Shown here one piece after another: positions 51,240 through 62,456 of a stretch of DNA of 62,456 nt. Below the pieces are notes generated by a model. That model had not been told where the DNA came from. It saw only the letters and a program-made list of their open reading frames with translations, and did not search any database. The translations under genes were made by a program, and so were the position numbers. Within the stretch, counting starts at the first letter, position 1, and each line of letters begins with the position of its first letter. Origin of the DNA: Octopus sinensis (Eukaryota). Location of the stretch: NCBI RefSeq assembly GCF_006345805.1, contig NW_021832544.1:1-62456 (forward strand), given 5' to 3'.

Positions 51240-51900
51240 TTATAATAGGTGCGGGACCCGAGAATCCACATGAGTAGTGATGCGGCATTCCATGGGCATA
51301 TTGCCAGGATGGCATCACTGTATAGGCGAGTAGATGGATGGATCCTTAGATCGTTCAGAACCATAATAAAGATACCATTTTTCCTCGGCTATCTGGAATA
51401 CTGCTCCCAACTGTGGTTGTCACAGAGCGTTAAACTGGTGGCAAGAACTTAAGGCAATCGAGCACCACTACCCAAAGACGACTGACTCAGTGAAACAGAT
51501 GAGTTACTGGGAAAGGCTACAAAACTGAAGCTCTACTCTTTGGAGAGAAGGCGACAAAGGTATGTAGTGATATATATATGGAAGATCCTGGAAGGTCTAT
51601 CTTCCAACTTTGGAATGAAAAGCAATACCAAACACCAAACTGGATGGCACAGTATAATACCAAAGAATACCATTTACTTCATCTCGGACAAGAACCTAGT
51701 AATGCAACAACTTGGGATTCAGTGGACCATAACTGTTTAACATCGTGCCAAGGAACCAAAGAGATCTGCAAGGTGTAGCTGTGGAAATGTTCAAAAAGCA
51801 CCTGGACAAATATCTATCTGAAATCCCAGATGAGCCCACATCACGGCAGGGGGCAGAAAGAGGGGGCAGCTTCGTAGAACTCGCTTCTTCACCAAAAACA
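51240..51900 (+). mobile_element. 3' fragment of a second Proto2/CR1-like LINE family
   Basis: GWILRSFRT, LEYCSQLW, MSYWERL, LYSLERRRQRYVVIYIWKILEGL, FKKHLDKYLSEIPDEP. Confidence 0.85.
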
Positions 51901-51950
51901 GTACTGAAAGGAGAAGTGTTGCTCAGGCATGGGTTTCAGGGAACCACAAC

Positions 51951-52005
<55 letters not shown>

Positions 52006-52047
52006 TATTTATATAACATATAAATATAAATATATTTATATAACATA

Positions 52048-53502
52048 CTAGCTGAAGGTGACCCGCTCTACGCGCGGTAAGAGTGTGGTTGTTACTTTCT
52101 GTTGCTTCCTTTCAGCACGTAAAAAGCACCATCCGAACGTGGCGGATTGCAGCGCCGCCTTGACTGGCTTCTATGCTGGTGGCACGTAAAAAGCACCAAC
52201 CGATCGTGGCCGCTGCCAGCCCCCCTGGCACCTGTGCAGGTGGCACGAAAAAAGCACCCACTACGCTCACAGAGTGGTTGGCGTTAGGAAGGGCATCCAC
52301 CTGTCGAAACACTGCCAGATCAGACTGGAGCCTGGTGCAGCCTCCTGGCTTCCCAGACCCCTGTCAAACTGTCCAACCCGTGCTAGCACGGAAAACGGAC
52401 GTTAAACGATGATGATGATGATGATGATTCTCCCTCTTTGTTTCTTTCTCCTTTCTCTCTCCACTTTCCCACTCTCTTATCTTCCTTTCTCTCGGACTCT
52501 CCCTCGCTTTCTCTTACTCTCTATCTTTATGTATCTCTCTCCCATTTAAAACAACAAAAGATCTTGAGTAAGTTGAGATAAAATATTAGAAAGATCAATC
52601 ATAAATATCAGGCAGTAACAACGGAAAGGTCTGCTTCAAGACAGACAGCAAAACACTAACATTTAAAAGGGACAGACGAACTTGCAAGCTGAATAAAAAT
52701 AATAAAATTTTGGAAACCAAGTTTGAAGGGATAGAATTTGAGGATAGTAGAGTCACCATGGCTGGCATTTCTTAACGACGGACAGCAACGTATTGACAGT
52801 TCAACGGCTGGCGTAAAATTTTGAACTTGATGTAAAAGAAAATCCCTAAAAACCAAGTTTTGAATTGATTCTTTCTCACGATGGCAAGCATTCAAAACTT
52901 CATCATGGACGGCCAACACATTGACGATTAAAAGGCTGGCGCAAATTTTTTAGCTTGATGTAACAGAGAATTGCTAAACACCCGCTCCTTTAAATTTAAT
53001 CCCTTCCAGCCCCTTTAGACTCCTTTTCACATTTTGGTTAATATAACCCGATTTCATTTGGGTTCTACTGGGCCACATTTTATAAGATGAGGACTCCACC
53101 AAGTTTCCCAAGTTCTGGTCATAGACCATAGAACACTCAACCAAGTTTGCCGAGTTCTGGTCATTTGCAGAATAAATAGAGACGGCGGAGGTGGCAGACG
53201 TCGTTGCAATGTAACATGATTTGTTATAAGAGAAAGATTGTCCAGATTGGTGTTGGTGGTGGTGGTGGCGATGATAATATCTTTAAGAATGGAGATAAAG
53301 AAAATTGAATGGGAGTTAGAGGTAGAAAGAGAAGGTGTAAATTTTGGAGTGAATCCGACGGGATGTAGTGGGCTTTAACCCCGGCAAAAAAAAATATATC
53401 TGTTGCGTTTCTGAAAGAGGTGAAGTGGAATATTGAAACTTTTGCGAATCGGACGGGATGTAGTGGCATTGAAAGCGATCCAAGCGGTAAAAACGCAATT
53501 CA

Positions 53503-53515
<13 letters not shown>
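52048..53515 (-). mobile_element. Non-autonomous Helitron-like element with nested SINE
   Basis: Minus-strand 3' end is hairpin ccgcgcgtagagcgg, 11 nt, then CTAG|T (52051-52048). The other end tatataaaactgaattg merges into (TA)n. Internal short direct repeats (gacgggatgtagtgg, agttctggtcat). Confidence 0.65.
52112..52428 (+). mobile_element. SINE-like element, family D, with (GAT)n tail
   Basis: Three gcacg(t/a)aaaaagcacc subrepeats, tggcgttaggaagggcatcc, ending gacgttaaac(gat)n. Confidence 0.75.
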
Positions 53516-53568
<53 letters not shown>

Positions 53569-55136
53569 TACATAAATATATATATACATACACATATATG
53601 TGTGTGTGTGTATGTATACATATACATATATATATATATATATATATACACTCAAAATAAGCACCCAATAAATATATATATATATATACATATATTATAT
53701 ATAATATATATATTATATATATATATATTATATTATAAATATATATATATATAATATATATATATACATTACATACATACATACATACATATCTACATCT
53801 ATCTGTCTATATATATGTATGTATATGTGTATGCAAATATATTTAAATATATATGTGTGTGTATGTGTATGTATGTATGTATATATAATTATATTATAGT
53901 TATGAGCAGCAGCAGCAGCCGCAGCAGCAGCATCGTTCTCTATACTGGTAAGAATCTTTCTGTTTAACACGTATTTTTAATGCATTTTGTTTTCACTTTT
54001 AAGAATTTCTCATATTATTTTTTTGCTCTTTAGATTTTGTTTGAATCCATGAATTTCCAAAGTCTGTTGGCGGTTCCAGACATTCCCGATTTGATGTTCT
54101 CTATGAAATTAATTGAGTGTTAGCTGTTATTGTTGTAAAAGAATCGAAGAATCTTTATGTTTGGTTTAATTGTTATGATCAAGAGTTTGGCCTTGGATAA
54201 ATTACCAGTCTTTTGAGCTTTCTCTTGTTTTTATTTTCTATCCATAAAGCTTCTTTTAGGAGAATTCTTTATAACATAGTTTTATGACCAAATGATGTGT
54301 TTTGTGTAAGAGTTTGTGTTGTGTAATGTCTCCTTGTTGTAGATGCATAAGAAGTTGATGTGAAATATATTAGTTGTTTGTCCAACCTAACAGCCAATCG
54401 GAGAGTTTGCATCTTTCATGTTTACATCAGAATTCATAATTTATATTAGTCATTTGATATTTATTGACGATGAAGAGATGATTCATTTTTGTGTCATTGC
54501 AGTAAATTATAAATGCTAATTTATGACTGGGTCGAATTTAAGATGGCGCTTGGGGATTTCATGTTTTCATAATTCCTGGTATATTTAGTTTATATAATAC
54601 ATATTATGTGTATTCTGCTATATTTATTGTGTTGAATTTCGTTCTTCATAATTGTACACTTTGGTCCATTAAATTCATTGAAAATTCATTAGAGATTTCT
54701 CTACAGAAAAAAATGTCGTTTAAAAAGAAATAAAATTCCTCCGTTCAGAAGCAACCAACCCAATCCTCTCCTGAACTCTTTGAAAATATTCCGTCACTTT
54801 CCTGTGCTTTGCTCTGTCCCTTATATCAGCCTCAAATACTGAGCTGTTGGTGGGGAATTCTTTCTCACTGATATCTTTATAAATCTCTCTTCGTGAAGCG
54901 AGCAGAATCTATAGAAACGTCTCGTAGTGAGACCAATCAGTCACTTTTAAACTGACCAATCGCTTTCGCTTCCAACGTATCAAACATTATAGAAATAATA
55001 GTAAAGGATGACGATTTCCCTTTCACTTCTCTCGTTCTGCTAATTATGGCTTCCGTCAGCCCACTGTCTAACGATACCACCAGATCTTCGGCAGAATCAA
55101 TGCTGTTTTTTTACTTCATTAAGGCTTTCTGACATA

Positions 55137-56390
55137 CAGGATGTTCGGACTAAATTTTACGATATTTTGTCTCCTTTTTTCAAAAGCAGTTTGATGTATT
55201 AGTGAACAGTCAACGACATCGGGAAGTAATTGAGAAAATGTCAACTGACATGAAGGACTGGAATCCCTCTGAATATAGCAAAAAGTGTTACCTTCATCCT
55301 ATGATTCGAGCCGAATATCAAAATGCCGGCATCATGGGTGCTGCACATTGCTTTGTGAACATTATAAGGGCTTAAGTTGTGACATGAACAGCTACAGCGG
55401 AGACTATGAAACCGTGGCCAACACGCAGACATTCTGGCTGTGTCTACACGCCGGAATTCACGCAACAACTAGAGGACAAGGTGATGGAAGATCCGAACGT
55501 AGGAGTCCGGGTTTTGGCGAGAGAAATGAGTACTAGAGTCACCATCATAAAGCTAGCCCTGAATGAGGACCTTCGCTACCACTCGTACAAGAGGTGCAAG
55601 GGACGAATTCCCCTAGCCAAGGCAGAGGTGAACCCATTGACGGAGGTAAAGAATTTCCTGAACAAGCTGAGGCAATCTATTGAGCCAGGGATGATCTGGT
55701 TTTTCTCATATGAAAAGAACTTCTGTCGGAACCAGTTGCACAACAAACAGAGGAACAGGTGACCTGCCAGCAATCCATGTGATGTCTCATGTAGCATTTG
55801 GAAAACCATGTTGCCCCAAATTGTAATGGTCTTTGGTTTGTCTCTACAGTGAGGGTGACGTCATGCCATCTTTGAACAGGGCTTTAGGCTCAATTCAGAG
55901 GGTTATGTGCTGGAGATTGTGGTTAATCTCCGGCTGGAGAAAGTTGCTGCTGGAAGGCCATCTGTATGGGAATATGATTCGTTTCCTTACCATACCTCTA
56001 GAAAGAGTCAGAACTGATTATCGGAGAATTTCTACGATTTCTGGCTTACTGATTCCTCCGATTGTGAATCCATGAACTAATACGTGTGGGGTGTTGATGA
56101 AAGAGACACCAACCACTCTGCCGAGCTGGTGGCCAACATTAAGGCTGTGTTCGAAGATCTTCCCAGGGACACAATGAGGAACTCGTGTGCCAGGTTTTAG
56201 AACTGATGTGCCAGGCTCTTTGAGGCTGTGTTTGAAGCTGAGGGCGGCTACTCTGACTAAAATGTTATCTCTCAACCATAATCTACTTGTGCTTTTTTTA
56301 AATTTTAAACTACTTCTTTTTGGATTGAATATTGTGTTTTCTTTCCCTTTGATGCAGACTGTCTCTAATTAAGGACAGAAATCCCAGAGT
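55137..56390 (+). mobile_element. Tc1/mariner superfamily (maT/DD37D-like) transposon relic
   Basis: TA-flanked start caggatgttcgg. HTH-like GVRVLAREM...LNEDLRYHSY, WFFSYEKNF (FSDEK), NKQRNR, DSSDCESMN*YVWG (SPDxNPxDYxVWG), RLCLKLRAA/EAVFEAEGGY. Right TIR is poorly preserved. Confidence 0.8.
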
Positions 56391-56687
56391 AAACGGTTTC
56401 AGTCAATAGGCTAGAGCATCTATAATTCCGTCAAAAAAGCTTTGTCACAGAATGAGGCAAATCGGCAAACTATGTTCATTATTCATCCCTCATCTGCTAC
56501 TCTAGAGAAGAGCCTTAAAAATATCCCCATTTAATGATATAGGATCAAACGCCCTTTAAAAGCATAACGACAAAACTGCTATAGATCTATCAAGGCAGTT
56601 ACAACAGCGACATTTCATCTCATAATCAGCCTTTAAATTAAATTGGTAGATCTCACAACCACAAATGCTTACTCTTAGCAACCTTAA

Positions 56688-56910
56688 GCATAAAAGAGGA
56701 GAAGGATCCTATCACCTTTAAACGGAGGCTGGACAGATTTCTTTAAGGAATACTAGACAAGCCACCCATACCTGGATACAACTCAGTCAACAAGTACTCC
56801 CTACTTGAATGTACCATAAACAAAACTTGACTTAAAAGGGATTTAGATAATCCTATCAGGTGGTGCTATTACCTGAACCAATCTTTGGTCGAAACATATC
56901 TAAGTTTTAT
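56688..56910 (+). mobile_element. Short 3' end of the 21823-26682 LINE family
   Basis: IKEEKDPITFKRRLDRFL, cctatcaggtggtgctatt and tggtcgaaacatatctaagttttat. Confidence 0.9.
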
Positions 56911-57619
56911 CGTCATCTCAAATGCAGTATCTTTATTAAGAGTCAGAACACTCTTCTCCTCTGAACAGCTGTAGACCCCATAAGAAACATTTATGGGCGC
57001 CCATTAACCACTCTGCTTCTCGCATGTCAAGAACTTCGTTGCGGTCACAGATAACATATATTATCCTTAGAGGAAGCTCATTCGATTAATGTACAAATCT
57101 TTATTCTTTAAAGCATTACAACCCAAATTGCACAGAGGACTTGATACCTTCTGCTGCTTTTTAATACCGTGATAACAGCGATTCCAGCTTCTGATTCCAA
57201 GAACATTGGGCATATTCCGCACCACGCACTACTTCGTCTTCTTTTGCTCCATGGTGTTCTTACTGCGAAAAATGCCTGCTCTTTAGGTAAAGGTTAAAAG
57301 AGCAGACAGGTGCTAGAGGGGGGGAGTAGGAGAGAGAGACGGGGGATTGCGTGTAGTAATGGTGGTGGTGTGGTGGTGGGGTGGTGGTGGTGAGAAACGA
57401 GGATCATTATGATCGTCGTCATCGTTTTCCTGATGAAAAGGAAGTTATGGCCGTTTGGAAGAAAAGAACGGAGACGAGAAGGAAGGAGGGAGAGGATGGA
57501 AAGATTCATAATGAATTGGCGAAAATATTGTGTTTAAAGAAATTTGTTTATATACCAAATGTAAACAGATCTGAATGTATTTTAACTGCAGCCGCTATGT
57601 AATTCATTGCGCATGGTAT

Positions 57620-58225
57620 GTACGCACGCAGACACACATGCACACAGATACGTACAAGTATAACACATACTATACATACACATTTACATACACACATACA
57701 TACATACACGCATACATACACACAATACATACACACATACATGCAATACATACAGACACACATACATACATACAATACATACACACAATACATACATACA
57801 TACATACAATACATACATACACACTTATTACATACACGCATACATACACACATACACACATACATACACACATACATACAATACATAAACATATACATAC
57901 ATATAGACAATACATACATACATACATACAATACATATATACATACACACATACATATATACACACATACATATATACACACTCATATACACACGCACAT
58001 ACAAACACGCACACACAATGATTTTGATATAATTATACATAGATACAATGCATACATATATGTGTGTGTGTATGTGTGTATAGATGCTGCATATATGTAT
58101 ATATATACATATATATAATATATATATATATATGTACATATATATATATAATATATATATATTCTATATTTAATAAAGATATATATATATGTTATATATA
58201 TATATTATATACATAGTACATATAT
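57620..58225. repeat. (CATA)/(CA)/(TA) microsatellite region
   Basis: Visible repeat. Confidence 0.95.
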
Positions 58226-59025
58226 GCTATTCAAATGAAGCAAACAGTCTGTCGTATACTTTAGTCCAGTCTAACAAAATAAAGCAGACGAAAGAATCGG
58301 CCATGTTTGAGTAGCGTGAAATGACTGCACTTTGGACGAATGATGCCGCAAATTCTCTATGACTGTTATATAAGTAGATTTACTAGCGATGCCACTTTCT
58401 GCTATAAGCCATCTTTAGATTAAAGGTAAAGAAAACAAAATTAAACACATAAACTTATATGAACGACCATGTTTTACTGCATTACTTCCCGTAAGTCTCA
58501 GTATAAAGTTATTATATAAAACAAAGCTCCACGTTGTTTCTCTTTCTCTACTCATCATTCCATAAGTTATGAGTTCCCCTTACCAAAAGCTTTACGGCCA
58601 AGCGGTAGATAATTAAATACAGAACCACAAGCAAGATGGTCACGTGTCCTAACATATATTTCTTCTGACTGATACGCTTCTATAAGTGCCGTCTTCCATC
58701 ACAAGACCAGGACATCTTCCTGATATATACAATGCCAGAGTATCTACGGGATCAGTCGACCTTCTAGAAATAGTAGTGAAATCTTTTACTGTCTTTAAAA
58801 GGGTCATACTGGACGATGTGGCCCTGAATATACTGTTGAGAGAATATATGGGATAGTCACGCCAAGAATGTCATACACCTCGCACTAAACATTCTCATTA
58901 ACAACAAAATACATATATCAGACAAAACCTCTGACGTCATTAATTACCGTGACTCCACTACAAATAAAGTGCACCACTAATTAAATGTACAAACATATTT
59001 CAGTGATAGAGCAAATGTGTGTATG

Positions 59026-59074
<49 letters not shown>

Positions 59075-59884
59075 ATATATATTTGCACACACACACACAC
59101 ACAGGTTGTCTAGAGGTGGGAGGGTGCGTGTTGGTGTCACAGTAGGAGGTGTAGTTGGTGTATCACTGAATATTGTTTGAACATTAAATTAGTGTCACAC
59201 TTTATCGGTAGCAGAATCATGGCAATTAGTGACGTCATAGGTTTTGTCTGCCAAACCAATTCTTCTTTTTCTATTTTCCAGTTCTGCTCCATAATCCAGT
59301 TTTGCTCATCGTTGGCCTAAATTCTTACAAAATTAATGAATATCTGAAATTAGGAATAGTTATTCTAATATTGAAAGAATTAGTATAAAAGAATATAGAA
59401 TCACAGAACTCTTACCCTAAAAATGAAATAGAGAAACGAAAGGAACATTGCACTCATATTAAGTCAAATGTAAATAATGTAAATAATGTACATAATTCCT
59501 CATCTCTTAAATACAGAACTGTGAATGTATGCAGTCATGAAATATATTTTATGAATAAATATATTTCCTGTTACACGCACGTAACATCTTTAATAGATAT
59601 AATATAAATGATGTAATGCTGCATATAAGCGCTTTCTGTCTTTTCTCTCTTTATCAACTGCTCGAGTTATAAATGTCTTAGAGCAAACTTTTCTACTCAG
59701 AATAGGAGATTGGATTTTAGGACTCCACGCTAGTTCAAGCACTAATCTCGTTTTCAACTAACGTGAACTTATAGTAGAATCCTCTCGTCAATTGGATATT
59801 TATATATGTATATAGGATGGTGTGTGTGAAGCGTGCGTAAGATGGCGACCATTCAGCGTTCATTTGCTACTATAATTCAAACTT

Positions 59885-59933
59885 TACATATATAATATAT
59901 ATATAATATATATGTATATATATATATATAGAT

Positions 59934-59964
<31 letters not shown>

Positions 59965-60047
59965 TATACATATATATATATACATATACCTATATATTAT
60001 ATATATATATGTATAGTATATATATATAATACATATATATATATATA

Positions 60048-60100
<53 letters not shown>

Positions 60101-60258
60101 GTATATATGTATGTATGTATACACTGAATATGACTTCTACTGGTGACTCATCTGGTACTGGCTACTCTTTATAGCATCATCAGGAGCACAATGCAAATAT
60201 AAGTAACGTGGTTTATGAATCACCCATTGAGCAAACTTCACACGCACACACACGCACA

Positions 60259-60300
<42 letters not shown>

Positions 60301-60666
60301 TATATATATATATATACATGAACGTGCACATATATATCGGTATATATTATACATCACATACATAAATATATATATACACACACACACACATACACACATA
60401 TATATATATAATGTATATGCACGCGTCCGTGTGTGTGTGTACAGGGGGGGGAGAAGGGAGCAAGTAAAGTGAGGCTGTTAAGTAATAAGGTTTCAAATCA
60501 CATACCTTCGCTGGTTTTAAACCTTCTTTCACCAGTGTTGAATGGTGTTTATGATCATTTTTTGATAGAATGCCCTGACTAACATGTGTGTGTGTGTGTG
60601 TATGTGTGTGCGTGTGCGTGTGTATGTGTGTATCTTTAAGTATGTGTGTGTATATATACACATATG

Positions 60667-60718
<52 letters not shown>

Positions 60719-60799
60719 TATGTATATATATAAATGTCTGTATGTATATATTATATATATGCAGACGCTCAGCCGCGCACACGTACGCGGCGCGTGCAT

Positions 60800-60845
<46 letters not shown>

Positions 60846-61101
60846 CCCCACACACTGATGCACATGTCAGTGCATGGTGATAACGCTACATTAGTATCAT
60901 CAGGTTTCCAACAGCTAATTATAGCCGTCCGTCGCCGTGCATCATAAATCCGACATTGAGCACACTACACCCATATTTATTACAGTCAGGTGTACATGAA
61001 ATGGGGAAACAGTCCATACCAGCCAACTACGCACGTACGGAAACAGAAACACACAACACTCTATCACATACGATGCATACGCACATACATACATACATAC
61101 A

Positions 61102-61137
<36 letters not shown>

Positions 61138-61325
61138 TATATAATATATATATATATATATTATATATATATATATATATTATATATATATACATATATA
61201 CATATATACATATATGTGTGTGTGCGGTGTGTTGTGTATGTGCATGTTATATATATGTATGTATAGACATGTGTGTGTGTGTGCGCGCGCACATGATGTA
61301 TGTATGCATACACATATATACACGA
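59885..61325. repeat. (TA)/(CA)/(CATA) microsatellite cluster
   Basis: Visible repeats with short unique islands. Confidence 0.9.
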
Positions 61326-61760
61326 TAAGGTATTTGCATTAGTATGCGCACACAGACAAATCTCGAATGAGAAAATATACGAAAATTTCAATGTATTCAC
61401 GCCGAAAGCCAATGGGTTCATGTGTATACATGAATAAAGAAACACCTATTAAATGAATAAGGGTGTATAATATATATATATATACACACACATTTATATA
61501 CACACACAGATACACGTGAATCGACCCCGTTACTTATTTCTTTTTAAAGCGTGGTATGTTTTTTTGGCAGTGACTTTTGTCGAACCGCAACATTAGGCTT
61601 TATCCTACTACATACATGCGCAAAAACCATTGGCCACCTTCACACAATGTCACAGACATAAACACTTCGTCGTTCATGCACCCTCATCAAGAAGTCATTT
61701 CGGACAGTTTCCTGATATATATAAGGGAACTGTTATTGTAATGTGTGTGTGTGTATATAT

Positions 61761-61796
<36 letters not shown>

Positions 61797-61800
<4 letters not shown>

Positions 61801-62456
61801 TATAATTAAGGGCTAAAGAGGGTTATTCTAAAGCCAAATACACTGTTTTATCCACTTATAATCCGCTTGTTACAGGAAAATTGAAACTGAAAACGGGCAA
61901 CTAACCTTTAGAAAATTTAAATTTCGTTATCTCTATATTGAATCAATTTCGGACTTAATCTTATAAAAAAAGATATATTCCTTCTTCAGTAGAACTTTCG
62001 ATGGGATATAAATAAAATACTCACGTATGATCATGAAAAAGCACAAGCTAAAAAAATAACTACACTTGAGTACATCACTTATATCTAAAACTAAAAATTC
62101 TTTGGTCAGCCTCAGAAAACAACGTCCAGACCTTTCGCCGCTACAAATTGTATGGTTACCAGTCCTCCTGTAGCAAGCATCGAGTTTACTACTAAGCAAA
62201 ATAGGATGAAGTCCCTTACTCTACAGCAAAGGAATTCATCAGGAAGCGTGGGCAGTATATTTAAAAAAACCGTTACGGTTGTAATATACATCATATAATT
62301 AAGGGCTAAAGAGGGTTATTCTTAAAGCCAAATACACGGTTTTATCCACTTATAATCCGCTTGTTACAGGAAAATTGAAACTGAAAACGGGCAAACTAAC
62401 TTTAGAAAATTTAAATTTCGTTATCTCTATATTGAATCAATTTCGGACTTAATCTT
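61797..62456. repeat. Tandem repeat, unit ~493 bp; second copy runs off the window
   Basis: tataattaagggctaaagagggttattc at 61801 and 62294; colinear to the window end. Confidence 0.95.

Noticed and set aside
49293-51900. Twin-priming inversion between adjacent opposite-strand LINE fragments
   Set aside because: The two fragments cover the same protein region, belong to clearly different families and are separated by ~230 bp, so they are independent insertions.
52112-52260. CRISPR-like spaced repeats (gcacgtaaaaagcacc x3)
   Set aside because: The spacers resemble each other, the repeats are internal to a SINE, the context is eukaryotic and there are no cas genes.

Overview
This is AT-rich eukaryotic DNA saturated with microsatellites. 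I found no host exon, rRNA, tRNA gene or CRISPR array that I can support. The recurring tRNA-derived SINE families and dense (TA)/(CA)/(ATAG)/(CATA) tracts look like a coleoid cephalopod, most likely Octopus; this is inferred from pattern recognition, not from a search. The window is probably a large intron or gene desert. Nearly all ORF-track entries are microsatellite artefacts or transposon relics. The largest element is a near full-length ~4.9 kb APE+RT LINE (Proto2/CR1-like, 21823-26682, minus strand) whose ORF1 carries four tandem CCCH zinc fingers; two truncated sister copies are also present. Other non-LTR relics include CR1, RTE, Jockey-like and R4/Dong-like elements, one R4 copy showing twin-priming-like inversion geometry. 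Penelope-like (Naiad-type) relics occur alongside five fold-back palindromes, some with hammerhead-like cores. DNA and LTR elements include mariner and maT-like transposase relics, a hAT MITE with target-site duplication, two non-autonomous Helitrons and an LTR with polypurine tract. There are also about 15 SINE copies, an old inverted duplication and two near-identical tandem duplications. Family names come from motif recognition, and boundaries are approximate unless stated.
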